A stretch of 63,907 nt of DNA, filler included, from Octopus bimaculoides (GCF_001194135.2; 7 parts of 7 records of this genome joined end to end with filler, not necessarily neighbours in it), one strand, 5' to 3'; counted from the first letter of the whole stretch, positions 48,143-62,205 are shown. Numbers and translations: made by a program. Notes: generated by a model not told the origin, from the sequence alone.

Positions 48143-49989
48143 TATATGTAGATCTTTATCTATACAGACATGTATGTGTATGTATATACATATGTGTGTG
48201 TGAGTGTGTGTGTGTGTGTGTGTGTGGTGGGGTGCATAGACAAGTATATCTATATAGCCATGTATTTTTATATATGTCTTTATGTATATATAGACATATA
48301 TGCCGATATTGACATGCAAAGCAGTCATCCTTGCTTTTCATATTTTTTAACTAACATACAAAACATCCATGCTTAAAAGCGGGTATTCACTCTCACACGC
48401 ACGTACACCTACGCATATATATGTGTGAATGTGTGTGTGTGGGTGTGAGTGTACAAAGTTGTGTCATTTAATTTCAAGTCAACAGTATCCAAATGATTAA
48501 ACGCGATGCTTGTTTATTGACCATTCAAAATTCTAATGAATAGAAAATTCATGTTTTTTTTTTCTCCTTTAAAAGTTCCAAGTCGCAGCTTTGCATTATC
48601 CAACGGCCATTATTAAAACGAACAATAACATCACAAAATGAGTATCATTTATTTTTAAAACATTTAAAGCATATTTTACTCAACAAAATGGAATGTGCAC
48701 ATTAAAAATTCTGAAGAAACAAATCGTATGATATTAATATTTGGTCGGGTTCCTGAAAGTTTTNNNNNNNNNNNNNNNNNNNNNNNNNNNNNNNNNNNNN
48801 NNNNNNNTTAATTAATTAANNNNNNNNNNNNNNNNNNNNNNNNNNNNNNNNNNNNNNNNNNNNATATATATATATATATATATATATATAATTGTGGATA
48901 TATATATACTTATATATATATATATATATATATAGCTGTAGATATATGTATATATATATATATACATACATACTCATATATACAATATATACATATTCAT
49001 ATATACATGTGTATTTTTGTACATACATGATTGCTTTTATATATACATATACATACATAAACACATATATACATAATTCATGCACACAGTCACACACACA
49101 CAAAACATGCATGCACATTCTTATACATTGCATATATATATATATACCTACAAATATACATCTATTTATACATAAGCATATATCCACCTATATATATATC
49201 TATCTATTTATCCCTCTCTCTCTATATATATGTGCATATGTCTACATCTATGTACAGATATATANNNNNNNNNNNNNNNNNNNNNNNNNNNNNNNNNNNN
49301 NNNNNNNNNNNNNNNNNNNNNNNNNNNNNNNNNNNNNNNNNNNNNNNNNNNNNNNNNNNNNNNNNNNNNNNNNNNNNNNNNNNNNNNNNNNNNNNNNNNN
49401 NNNNNNNNNNNNNNNNNNNNNNNNNNNNNNNNNNNNNNNNNNNNNNNNNNNNNNNNNNNNNNNNNNNNNNNNNNNNNNNNNNNNNNNNNNNNNNNNNNNN
49501 NNNNNNNNNNNNNNNNNNNNNNNNNNNNNNNNNNNNNNNNNNNNNNNNNNNNNNNNNNNNNNNNNNNNNNNNNNNNNNNNNNNNNNNNNNNNNNNNNNNN
49601 NNNNNNNNNNNNNNNNNNNNNNNNNNNNNNNNNNNNNNNNNNNNNNNNNNNNNNNNNNNNNNNNNNNNNNNNNNNNNNNNNNNNNNNNNNNNNNNNNNNN
49701 NNNNNNNNNNNNNNNNNNNNNNNNNNNNNNNNNNNNNNNNNNNNNNNNNNNNNNNNNNNNNNNNNNNNNNNNNNNNNNNNNNNNNNNNNNNNNNNNNNNN
49801 NNNNNNNNNNNNNNNNNNNNNNNNNNNNNNNNNNNNNNNNNNNNNNNNNNNNNNNNNNNNNNNNNNNNNNNNNNNNNNNNNNNNNNNNNNNNNNNNNNNN
49901 NNNNNNNNNNNNNNNNNNNNNNNNNNNNNNNNNNNNNNNNNNNNNNNNNNNNNNNNNNNNNNNNNNNNNNNNNNNNNNNNNNNNNNNNN

Positions 49990-50109
49990 NNNNNNNNNNN
50001 NNNNNNNNNATTATTATTGATATCATACTTGTCATTCCTTCTATTCTATTTATTTTTCTTATTACTTCTATTATCATTATTATTTCCATTGTGGATATTA
50101 CTAATATTG

Positions 50110-50143
<34 letters not shown>

Positions 50144-50162
50144 CATCACTATGCTTGTTATT

Positions 50163-50193
<31 letters not shown>

Positions 50194-50268
50194 TTATTAT
50201 TGTTATTATTATTATTGTTATTATTATTATTATCATTATTATTATTATTATTATCATCATCACTATGC

Positions 50269-50313
<45 letters not shown>

Positions 50314-50359
50314 TTTTTATTTTTATCATTATTATCCTTATGATCATTACTACTACTAC

Positions 50360-50395
<36 letters not shown>

Positions 50396-50515
50396 CATTA
50401 TTATCCTTATAATCATTACTGTTATTATTATTATCATTATTATTATTATTGCTATCATTATTATTATTGTTATTATTGTTATTATTATTATTATTATTAT
50501 TGCTATTATTATTTA
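49990..50515 (+). repeat. Long imperfect (ATT)n/(ATC)n microsatellite
   Basis: Direct inspection. Confidence 0.95.
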
Positions 50516-50653
50516 GTACTGAAGGATCTTTCTTTTTATGGCATGTGTTACACTGCACAACCTAGTGCTCTCTCTCTGTGACTGAGGCATTATACTTTTG
50601 CGTTTTGTATGGCATTGTCTAGTTTTTCTTTTATACTGATAGTACTATAAGCA

Positions 50654-50689
<36 letters not shown>

Positions 50690-50879
50690 ATATGCAAGCA
50701 TGTATGCATGTCTGATCATGCCATTTTCTCTATGCCATGCATGTACATGTTAAGCTACGAGGTACACTACTTCATATGTGTGTGCAATACTTAGATGATT
50801 TTCAATCAATCAACATTGTGAATTCATTTGTTCAGTTCACTGAATTGTCTGCCCTTGGATTAACCTGGTTGAGTATTCC

Positions 50880-51096
50880 TTACTCTTTTACTTGTTTCAG
50901 TCATTTGACTGCGGCCATGCTGGAGCACCGCCTTTAGTCGAGCAAATCGACCCCGGGACTTATTCTTTGTAAGCCCAATACTTATTCTATCGGTCTTCTT
51001 TTGCCGAACCGCTAAATGACAGGGACATAAACACACCAGCATCGGTTGTCAAGTAATGCTAGGGGGACAAACACAGACACACAAACATACATACAT

Positions 51097-51148
<52 letters not shown>

Positions 51149-51280
51149 GACGGGCTTCTTTCAGTTTCCGTCTACCAAATCCACTCAGAAGACTTTGGTC
51201 GGCCTGAGGCTATAGTAGAAGACACTTGCCCAAGGTGCCACGCAGTGGGATTGAACACGGGACCATGTGGTTCGTAAGCC
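50880..51280 (-). mobile_element. SINE family B with internal (TA)/(CA) tract
   Basis: Collinear with 30240-30962. Confidence 0.9.
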
Positions 51281-51504
51281 TTAGAAACATTTCTTCATGA
51301 TTTAATTTTCTCTGTAACACCTCATCACAACCATCTTTAATGCTCTTTCCCTCTGCTCCAACCTATCCTAATATAATGCACTTGATGTTGCTTCACTCAA
51401 AACAAAATCCTGGCTGGAAAAGGCCTCAAAAATATTTAAGTGAACCTCAATGGAATTTGAACCCAGAATGTAAAGACAGAGAAAATGCTACTAAGCATTT
51501 TGTT

Positions 51505-51775
51505 CATCATCATCATCATCATCATCATCGTCGTTTAACGTCTGCTTTCCATGCTAGCATGGGTTGGACGATTTGACTGAGGACTAGCGAACCGGATGGC
51601 TGCACCAGGCTCCTATCTGATCTGGCAGAGTTTCTACAGCTGGATGCCCTTCCTAACGCCAACCACTCCGAGAGTGTAGTAGGTGCTTTTACATGCCACC
51701 GGCACCAAGGCCAGTCAGGCGGTACTGGCAACAGCCACGCTCAGAATGGTGTTTTTTACGTGCCACCTGCACTGG
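51505..51775 (-). mobile_element. Non-autonomous RTE-derived retroelement with (GAT)n tail
   Basis: Minus: ggttggcgttaggaagggcatccagctgtagaaa (RTE 5'-UTR-like) ... acccatgctagcatggaaagcagacgttaaacgacgatgatgatg. Confidence 0.65.
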
Positions 51776-51864
51776 CAATGTACTAATTAATGATCCTTTA
51801 CATGTGCCAATGTACTAATTAATGATCCTACCAGCTTACTGCCTTAACAACAACAGCAACATCA

Positions 51865-52088
51865 ACAACAATCTTTTCTATTATATGCACAAAGGCAGAA
51901 ATTTTGGGGCGGGAAATGGTCGATTACATCGACCCCAGTGCATAACTGGTACTTATTTCATTAACTCTGAAAGGATGAAAGGCAAAATCGATCTTAGTGG
52001 AATTTGAACTCACAATGAAAAGAGGAACGAAATGGTACTAAGCATCTCGTTCAGCATGCTAATGGTTCTGCTAGCTCACCACCTTAAC
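51865..52088 (-). mobile_element. SINE family C inserted in (AAC)n
   Basis: Family C head and core; (AAC)n on both flanks. Confidence 0.85.
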
Positions 52089-52845
52089 AACAACAACAAT
52101 AATATTAGATGTACTGGTGTGAATTGTTGTGGTAATGGTTATAGTAATAACTACAACTGTGGTAGTAGTAATAATTGTATCATCACTTTGGCATGAAAGT
52201 ATAATTGTTTTGGCACACTTGGGGGACTAAATGATGTTTATAATAAGTCCACTACGAATTTTAGCAATATAAGTGTTGATGGAGTTGCTAACACATATAA
52301 CAATTCTACTGATTATCACTGTGTACCAAAATTAGTATGAATAATCTACCCACAATATTTCCATCCTGATATTAACTAGATAATGTAATTGTAAGAAGAA
52401 ATTTGAATACCCACCAGAAAATAAATGCCTGACCAAAACCATGGTATATAAAACTAATCTACATATTTTCATCTATTTAAGTTCCACTTCCATTTTTGAA
52501 TCAAGATTACGTAGTTTTCTTCATAAATTTAGAAGATATAAAGTACAAACAACATCGCTCTCTGTGAAAAACTGGGAGTAAAAGGACAAAAATATCGATT
52601 TTCCTCTGGCATACTAAGTTGTTTGTTAGTGATAGATGTGGTTGTAATCTCTGTTGTTTGGAATTGTTAAAACGCCTAGGAAAAATTATCAATAGATCAG
52701 ATGAACTAATGATAAAATGCCTGCATTATATCAGTAAAACTGTTTTATACTTTAAACCAATTCCATAAGGCTTCAATGAGAGCTGTATATGTATCAATTT
52801 CCCTACAATATAAACCTTAATCTCTAGTTGCGGAATTTACAGATA

Positions 52846-52990
52846 GCGAGGGGGGGGGGGTGCTGAAAACTTTTTGGCTTTAAGGGCATCATGAAAGGTG
52901 TGATTGAAGGTCCAACCTTCCAAGTTCTTTTACAAGGCTTAGAAAAGCCGAATATTTTGGTAGCAAAGTGTGTTCAATAAATTATTTTTA
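52846..52990 (+). mobile_element. Mariner-type MITE remnant
   Basis: Begins cgaggggg..tgctgaaaactttttggcttt, a mariner TIR-like start; the right end was not found. Confidence 0.45.
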
Positions 52991-53321
52991 TGTACAGAAG
53001 TTAACCATCACTGTAATATCACATAATTTAGACATCTTTTATAGTTTGATTGAATAATTCTTTTCAGTTTGCTTCTAGCCTTATGTAATATTCTTTTAAT
53101 CTTTTTCTTGTTTCAGTCATTTGACTGCAGCCATGCTGGAGCACCGCCTTGAAAGATTTTTTAGTTGAACAAATCAAGACCAGTACTTATTCTATCAGTC
53201 TGTTTTGCTGAACTGTTAAGTTACAGGAATGTAAACATACCAACACTGGTTGTCAAGTGGCTGTGGGGGACAAACACACACACACACACGCACGTATGTA
53301 TATATATATATATTTTTTAAC

Positions 53322-53605
53322 TATGTGCCCTTTTAACGCCTAACCAGGCTCATAGGCCCAGTTTCCTGGTTTCTATGGCGTATGTGTTCCCCCCAGCTGG
53401 ACGGGACGCCAGTCCATCGCAGCGTTACTCAAGAAACAGGAAGAAAGAGTGAGAGAAAATTGGGGCAAAACAGTACAACAGGGGTCCACACCACCCCTTG
53501 CTGGAGCCTCGTGGACCTTTTTAGGTGTTTTCACTCAATAAACACACACAACGCCTGGTCTGGGAATCGAAACCACGATCCTCCGATCGCAAGTCTGCTG
53601 CCCTC
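53322..53605 (-). mobile_element. Chimeric SINE: family A head and body + D tail
   Basis: 53430-53605 matches family A; 53322-53430 matches the tail of 23267-23520. Confidence 0.85.
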
Positions 53606-53606
53606 A

Positions 53607-53826
53607 AATGTGACACGACAAGCACTTGACAGGAACCGGCAAGGGAAAAGGAAGTGAGGATGCCCGGAGCAGGCATGGAAGCGGAGCATTTTGGATGAGC
53701 TCAGGACCACTGGCCTGACATGGGAAGCAGCCAAGAAACACACCAATGACTGCAGAAAGTGGAAAATAACTGTTCAGGCCCTATGCTCCACAAGGGGCAA
53801 AAAGGACGAAGAAGAAGAAAAAGAAG
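53607..53826 (+). mobile_element. RTE-clade LINE extreme 3' end with (GAA)n tail
   Basis: VTRQALDRNRQGKRK*GCPEQAWKRS...LTWE...WKITVQALCSTRG. Confidence 0.8.
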
Positions 53827-54275
53827 CTGAACAGTGAATGCTGAGTATCGTACCCATGTTTGAGTAGTACGGAGTACATTCTATGTTAACATATGTTTTT
53901 GCAATCTGTTATTTTTAGATAACCACAACCAATTATTTATTTGTGTAATAACATAACAGACATCTATAAACTTGGTATTTAATTAAGATATATTTATATC
54001 TTTAAGATGACACTAATTATTGCCCACACTGCGTTCATTAATCTAGGAGGCATAATTATTTGTTTATGCCAATACCGTTTTCATGTCAATGCATTGACCA
54101 CTTTCTCTTATTCTATTTTTGCTATTTTATTCTCCATTTTCTTCCTATAATCACTCCCCCACCCTCAAAAATTTCACAGAAAACATCTCTGATCTGTGGT
54201 TTTTCTCTAAGTTATCCTTCCTGAAATATAATTAGTTGGATCACCATTAGTTCTAATAAATATGATGTTAGTTCT

Positions 54276-54400
54276 AAGGCAGCGAGCTGGCAGAAATGTA
54301 AGCATGCCGGGCGAAATGCTTAGTTGTATTTCATCTGTCTTTACGTTCTGAGTTCAAATTGTACCGAGGTCGACTTTGCCTTTCATCCTTTCAGGGTTGA
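54276..54400 (+). mobile_element. SINE family C (3'-truncated)
   Basis: aaggcagcgagctggcagaaa...aggtcgactttgcctttcatcctttcagggttgat. Confidence 0.88.
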
Positions 54401-55975
54401 TTCTGCAAATGATTCTGCAAAGAAACAGGCTTGGAAATGCCATAATGAAAGACTGCTGAATGTGGAGAATGAATGGGTTGAGGAGAGTCTGCCAGATGTT
54501 GACCCAGCTGAGGGACCAGCCATCTGAATCAACAGTACCTTGATAGATAAAGTAATTAGAGATATGAAGACAGGGAAAGCCCCCGGCCCTTCAGGAATCA
54601 CTGCAGAGATGCTCAAAATATCTGGCAGTGTCAGCTATAGCCTAGTCACCCGTATTGTTAACCAGGTGATACACGAAGGAGTCATACCCAATGACTGGTG
54701 TAGCAGCACCATAGTCAACTGCTACAAAGGTAAAGGTGATGCTTTGGATAGAAATAATTACAGAGGTATCAAATTGTTGGATCAGGTGATGAAAGTTAGA
54801 GAGAGAGTCAAAGCCCAACTAATTAGGGAGAGAATTAGCTTAGATGAGATGCAGGGGGAAGTACTACTGATGCTATATTTCTTGTAATGCAGCTGCAGGA
54901 GAAATACAAAACCAAAAATAAACCTCTGTAATTGGCTTTTGTTGACTTGGGGAAAGCCTTTGACTGGGTCCCCTGATCCCTTATCTGGTGGTCAATGTGG
55001 AAACTAGGGATAGATGAGTGGTTGGTGAGAGTGATAGAAGCCATGTACAGGGATGTTGTCAGTAAGGTGATGGTTGACAATGAGTACAGTTTAGAATTCA
55101 GGGTACAATTAGGGATTCACCAAAGATCAACCCTTGTCCCACAGGCAATAACAGGAATTCAAGACAGGATACCCCTGGGAGCTCCTCTATGCTGATGATC
55201 TTGTTCTTATAGCTGAATCACTACCAGAACTAGAGAAGTTTCAGGTATGGAAGCAAAGTTGGAATCGAAGGGCCTTAGAGTTAACCTAACTAAAACCAAA
55301 TTCTTAGTAAGTAGGAAGACAGACAATCATGAAAACCTTCAGGTAGATTGCCCTGCTTCATCTATATAAAAGGCATAGGTAGAAACTCTTTAAGATGTAC
55401 ATGGTGTAAGCTATGGTCACATTAGAGGTACAGCAATATCAGAAGAAGGTTACTGGGAAAATAGCTTTTGTGTGTGGAAGATGCATAGGTACAATAAACA
55501 CCGAAAATGTACAGAAAATAGACTCCATCAACTGCCAGGCAGGTAAGCTAGAAGTAGTAGATAGCTTCTGTTACTTAGGTGGCCAAGTTAGTAGTGGAGG
55601 TGGACGTGCCAAGAGCAAAACTGTGTGAATAAGAATAAGCTGGGTAAAGTTCAGAGAACCCCTACCTCTGTGGTAACAAAGGGCCTCTCCCTCAGATTGA
55701 AAAGCAGATTATATGATGCCTGTATGCGAACAGCTATGCTACATGGTAGTGATACATGGGCTTTGACAGCTGAGAACATGCATAGGTTTGAAAGAAATGA
55801 ATCCAGTATGCTTCACTGGATGTGCAATGTCAGTGTGCATGTTCAACAGAGTATAAGCATCTTGAGAGAAGTTAGACGTAAGAAGCATCAGATGTGGTGA
55901 GCAAGAGAGACGACTGCACTTGTATGGTCATGTGATGTGTATGGACAAGGACAGCTGTGTAAAGAAGTGTAAAAT
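54401..55975 (+). mobile_element. RTE-clade LINE reverse transcriptase pseudogene (~1.6 kb)
   Basis: GKAPGPSGITAEMLK, IPNDW...YKGKGDAL..NYRGIKLL, LAFVDLGKAFD, LLYADDL, DSFCYLG, LYGHV; frameshifts and stops. Confidence 0.93.
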
Positions 55976-56481
55976 AGACTTTGCAACTCAGTAACATGTC
56001 ACACAAAGCTTAGAATTTTGAAAATCATGCAAATGCGAAACCAGTTGGGGTTATTAACATTAATATAAACATTTTGAAACATTCACTGTGCGTTTTTCAG
56101 ATTCATTTATTTCTGCTATACTACTACTACTACTACTACTACTACGTTTGTTTGCTTGTTTGTATGTATGTGTGTGTGTATATCTAATCTCTGTCTGTCT
56201 GTCTATCTATTTATCTCTGTCTATATATCTATCTATCTATGCCTGTGTGTGTATGTGTGTGTGTCTGTCTGTACACATGCATGCATACATGAATTCCTAC
56301 GCACATACATACCAACATACATGCAATGACCAATGGCTGAATAGAAACACTGGTACAATGGATTTCTTAAAGACAGCAAATACACAGTCCAAAAAAGGGT
56401 GAAGGATGGAGAAGAGGAAAGAGAGATAAATGAAGGGGGCAAGAGGGATAGAAAGAGGGACTGGAAGAAGGAAGCTACAAC

Positions 56482-56579
<98 letters not shown>

Positions 56580-56900
56580 TTGTATACACACACATATATG
56601 CATATACACACATAGGTGTGTGTGTGTGTCTTCACATGTGTGTGAGTGTATATTACAACATTATATATACATATATGGTATATATTTATGTATATGCACA
56701 TTATTTTTATAACATACACACGCACATACAGACATATATATATAAGCCAATATATATATGTAAATATATATATATTTGCATATAGACATATATATATATA
56801 TATGTAAATATATATATATAAATATATATTTATATAAAGTTATGTATATACATATATGGATAAATATATATGAATATATATATATACATATATTTATTAA

Positions 56901-56932
<32 letters not shown>

Positions 56933-57565
56933 CACACACACACACATATATATATATGTATATATATCTATATATATGCGCACACACACCCACACATAGA
57001 CTTATGTATTTACTTATGTAGATATATATATTTGTACATGTATGGAGATATACACACACATACACACACACACACACACACACATATCTATATATAGCCA
57101 CATACTTACACACTTATTAAAACACACACACACACACACACACACGCAAAAAAAAAAATGAAGTACTGTGTATACAAACAGCAAACGTAAGCTATAGACG
57201 CATTCACGTAGAGACGTTCCAAGCATGCTTCTAGCAAGTTATCACCAACTCTGTACGACCATCGATATACAAACAAACAAAACTGGATTGAGACGCATCA
57301 CAGAGTGTACGAAACAGAAAGATGCATACTGTCTCAGCCTTTTTCTTTTCTAGAAAGTTCTTCTTTGGCTCGCAGCCATCCAACGTCTATAGAATTTGGT
57401 GTATTGTAAGTTAGTGGATTTGGTGTGTGTATACGTGTATCTGTGTGTATATATATTGTGCATAAATTGTTTTTGTATGCGTGTATAGTTGTGCAATGTG
57501 CTGCAGTGTAGTGTTTTATTATTTCAGTGCAAATAGCTTATATATACATATATATATATATAAAT

Positions 57566-57600
<35 letters not shown>

Positions 57601-58557
57601 TACATATTTATACTTATATGTACATATATACATAAATATATTTACATTTATGTGTACACACACACACACATATACATTCAGATATATTCATGTTTTTATA
57701 TATATGTATGTATATATTTGTATATATATATATATATGTATGTATATATATGTATATATATGTTTCAAATATATGTATATATATATATATGTATATATAT
57801 NNNNNNNNNNNNNNNNNNNNNNNNNNNNNNNNNNNNNNNNNNNNNNNNNNNNNNNNNNNNNNNNNNNNNNNNNNNNNNNNNNNNNNNNNNNNNNNNNNNN
57901 NNNNNNNNNNNNNNNNNNNNNNNNNNNNNNNNNNNNNNNNNNNNNNNNNNNNNNNNNNNNNNNNNNNNNNNNNNNNNNNNNNNNNNNNNNNNNNNNNNNN
58001 NNNNNNNNNNNNNNNNNNATATATATATATATATCTGTATATACACATATATATATATATATATATACATATATAAATACATAGCTATATATACACATAT
58101 ACACTCATACGCACACACACACATATATGAACAAGTACATGTATAAATACATATCTATACACACACCTACCCACACATATGAACAAACGACTTGCCCATT
58201 CAGTTAATAGTGTACAAAATTACAGGACTACTTTAAACTGTGGTTGTATGTGTTTTTCTCCAACTGGGCCATAAATCTCTAAAGTTGTGGCCTTGACAAG
58301 CCATCCTGGCTATTATAAACAGAACACAGGATTTGAGGCTTCTCTTACAACTGTAACAAATAATTCATACAGGAAAAAGGAACACCATAATGAAACAATA
58401 GATTAATGTCACTGAAATAAAGAATGAATACATATGTGTGTTTATATATATATATATNNNNNNNNNNNNNNNNNNNNNNNNNNNNNNNNNNNNNNNNNNN
58501 NTTAATTAATTAANNNNNNNNNNNNNNNNNNNNNNNNNNNNNNNNNNNNNNNNNNNN

Positions 58558-58597
<40 letters not shown>

Positions 58598-58602
<5 letters not shown>

Positions 58603-59074
58603 TAGTCTTATTTTTTACGTGCTTTCACTGCACTACCAAGCACAGCTCTGTGTGCCTTGGGTATGTGCTGTGGTTTGCTGTGATGCTCTTATGGTTACTG
58701 TATTGAAAGTATTTTACGTAGGATGTGTGCAGTGCCCAGTAGTGCTATTTTCTGTATGCTATATATATTTGTAAGTCCTGGTGTTTTTGTTATGTGTTTG
58801 TCTGAATATTTTTTTATCATACCTAATGCGCCTACTATGATAGGAATTCTTTCTGTTTTTAGTCTCCACATTCGAACTACCTCTATTTCCAGGTCTTTGT
58901 ATTTTGAAAGTTTTTCCATTTCTTTTAGGGAAACGTTGTCATCTGCTGGTATTGATACATCAATTAGAAAGCATTTTTTTTACTTCATGATCTTTGACAA
59001 TTACATCTGGTCTATTTGCCTTAATTTCTCTATCTGTGTGTATTGGCATATCCCAGAGTATGGTTGCTTTCTCA

Positions 59075-59075
<1 letters not shown>
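58598..59075 (-). mobile_element. R4/Dong-like LINE 3' end flanked by (ATT)n on both sides
   Basis: EKATILWDMP...MEKLSKYKDLEIEVVRMW...IPIIVGALG...IQKIALLGTAHILRKILSIQ*; same 3' UTR as the other copies. Confidence 0.92.
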
Positions 59076-59110
<35 letters not shown>

Positions 59111-59140
59111 GTTATTATTATTATTATTATCATTATTATT

Positions 59141-59265
59141 AAGGTAGCGATTTTACAGAATCGTTAACTCGCCGGAAAAAGATGGCTTAGCGGCATTTAA
59201 ATTCTGCCAGGATCGTCTTTGCCTATAACCCTTTCGAGGTTGGTAAAATAAGTACCAGTTTAGTA
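59141..59265 (+). mobile_element. SINE family C, diverged and internally deleted
   Basis: aaggtagcga...cagaatcgttaac...gcttagcggcattt...ctttcgaggttggtaaaataagtaccag. Confidence 0.7.
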
Positions 59266-60282
59266 CCTATCTCGTGAAAGAGCTAAAGAAAGAAATATGA
59301 ATATTTTCTGAGTCTACGTGAGAGCATTATGTAGCTGAGAGTGAAACAATAAGCTCTTCTTCCTTCAATAAAGCAACAGTTTCATGTCAATAAGTATAGC
59401 AATCATACCACTCCTGGTGATTCAGCTTAGCAGCTAACATGGCAGTTGCACAGAACCACTTGTCTACTTTGGCTGTTTGAGTGTGGTGCATGACGTATAC
59501 ATATCGGCTTTTATGTTTACTGAATGTTACACTATTTACTGAATTTCATGGCACTATTTGCGATAATAACACGTGACGGGAATACGAGTGATACTAGGTT
59601 TCTATTGTAACAAGTTAGCCACAAAGTAGTGTCATCGACTTGGAGTGTATATTAGGTACATATGTACGTGTGTGAGAGTATGCACGTGATTGCCTTTTAC
59701 GGTTATATTAAATGAAAGTCATGGGATATTTGTTACCAAAAACGACTCTCATACTTACTAATAATGAGAATATAAAATTACTAGAATATAATAATGTACG
59801 AACAGAATGATTATCCCTATAGAGTTACTGATAGCATAAAAATGTGATACAATATATAATACATATATAACCGAAAATAATATATATACAACCTAATATA
59901 ATATTTCTGCAAATATTGATATCAAATTACTTTATTTTTCAGATTCAGTAAGCATTTTAGATTTTTCATGAAACTTGCCAAGAAACATTAATAGTTATGA
60001 CTTTAATAATAAAATAACATTTAAAATTTATGAAGCCAAGGCTACAAGCATTGCACGAAGAATTTGAGTGAGAAATGTTATGGTACTCTTTACAATTTCA
60101 TTTTCTGCATTGTTTCTATATCTATAGGAAGAAACAGGGCGAAAACTTTCACAATATTTAATATGATGAATCGGCTTAAGAAGTTTCAAACTAATAAATT
60201 AGTAAAAGAAGATAAAATGAAGATAAGATGGAGATTAAAAAAATCTGATGCTGAATGATCATCGACAACATGAAGTCTCTTT

Positions 60283-60676
60283 TACTCTTTTACTTGTTTC
60301 AGTCATTTGACGGCGGCCATGCTGGAGCACCGCCTTTATAGTCAAGCAAATCGACCCCAGGACTTATTCTTTGGATGCCTAGTACTTATTCTATCGGTCT
60401 CTTTTGCCGAACCGCTAAGTTACGGGGACATAAGCACACCAGCATCGGTTGTGAAGCGATGTTGGGGGGGGGACAAACACAGACACACAAACACATATAT
60501 ATATACATACATACATATATACGACAAGCTTCTTTCAGTTTCCGTCTACCAAATCCACTCACAAGGCTTTGGTCGGCCCGAGGCTATAGTAGAAGACACC
60601 TGCCCAAGGTGCCACGAAGTGGGAATGAACCCGTAACCATGTGGTTGGTAGTAAGTTACTTACCACACAGCCACGC
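60283..60676 (-). mobile_element. SINE family B, near full length
   Basis: Collinear with 30240-30962; short internal microsatellite. Confidence 0.92.
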
Positions 60677-61124
60677 CAAGTCTGCTGCCAAAACATAAAT
60701 ACTTTAACTGAAATAATGGAAGCGAAATATGAAACGTCAATCTTCATCAGTCTGAAAACCGGCATTATTTGAAAAAAGCGGAAGCTGGCAGAACTACTGG
60801 ACCCTCAGGTGAAAATGCCTTATAGTAGTTCTTCCGACTCTTTTTTTTTTTTTTTTCAAATGCCACTGAGATTAGCTTTGCCTTTCATCCTCGCATGGTC
60901 GATAATATAATCCCAGCTGAGTACTAGGGTCGGTGTAATTGACATATTTCCCCCTCTACCCATGCTTTCTCGTCTAAAATTGCTGACCATATTCCAAAAT
61001 TTCATACCATTCTTTGGTTGGAGAAATAATCGCTGTTAACTTGCAGTCATATTTTATTGCGTCTGATTTGGAATTTCAAAGGCAACTCAAAGATTACTCC
61101 CAGCTATAATATTCTGAGCTGAAA

Positions 61125-61205
<81 letters not shown>

Positions 61206-61573
61206 GCTGCTGCTGCTGTTGTTGTTGTTGTTGTCATTATATTCTCGAAAAGTACAAAAACAAACAAGAAAATTCAGAAATCGGTTAATGGTACCTATTA
61301 AATTACTTTAACCATTGATATTTGGGTAGCTACAACAATCAGTTCTATATTTTCAATATAAAAGTGCACTATCTTCACATCATTTTATCTGTTTATTCGT
61401 TCCAGTCATTGGACCGCTGTCATGTTGGTACACTCTCTCGAATGAAGTCTACACAATTTCACAAATCAGTTTGAACAAGAAAGAGATGATTTGCAAATTG
61501 TTTCTTTTGTACTCTTTAATACAGATGCATGAATAAGTGAAGAATGAAACCATGTTAACAAATTGCTTTCTTT

Positions 61574-61611
<38 letters not shown>

Positions 61612-62059
61612 TTATTTTAATTGTTTCAATGAGTGGACTGCAGGCATGCGTGGGCACCACTTTGAACGATTTAGTCGATATTGGCCCCAGTTTTTAATTA
61701 TTAAGCCTGGTACTAATTCTATAGATAAGAATTGCGTGATTCTCGTGCAAATATGGTAGCTAGAGTGAAGAATTGTTGTTTACAGTCACTATAATGTTTC
61801 ATATATATATTTCATCTTTCATTGAATGAATCTATATTTGCTCAGCCAGCTGTGAAATCTATTAGCACAACCACTTGACATATTGTCAAGCACTAAATAT
61901 TCTGCTGTAAATCTGTGCAAGTTGGCAGAATTACAGGAACAGCTAGGTTCAAAGTAACATAGATTGATTCAGGATGTGTCTACTTGCTGGAATTCAATAT
62001 TCTAAACGCGGGAAAGAAATACTGAACAGCGAAATGTCCCTGTTATATATGCTATAGAT

Positions 62060-62205
62060 CAGACATGGGCATCCTTTTCCGAGAGGTGGGCCGCATGAGA
62101 TATGACTCATCATCAAGCAAGCTGCACTTCTAAAAGATTCAAAATAATTTTTCATTCAGTTGTGCCAGGCAGAAAGTCCCGCGGGCTGCAGGTTGCCTGT
62201 AACTG
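62060..62205. mobile_element. hAT-type MITE
   Basis: Imperfect TIRs cagacatgggcatcc / ggttgcctgtaactg; 8-bp TSD ctatagat (62052-62059) vs ctataaat (62206-62213). Confidence 0.7.

Noticed and set aside
3525-58146. Dozens of long ORFs in the ORF track
   Set aside because: They span N gaps or translate microsatellites (poly-YI, CV, TH, N, I, L, K); they are not genes.
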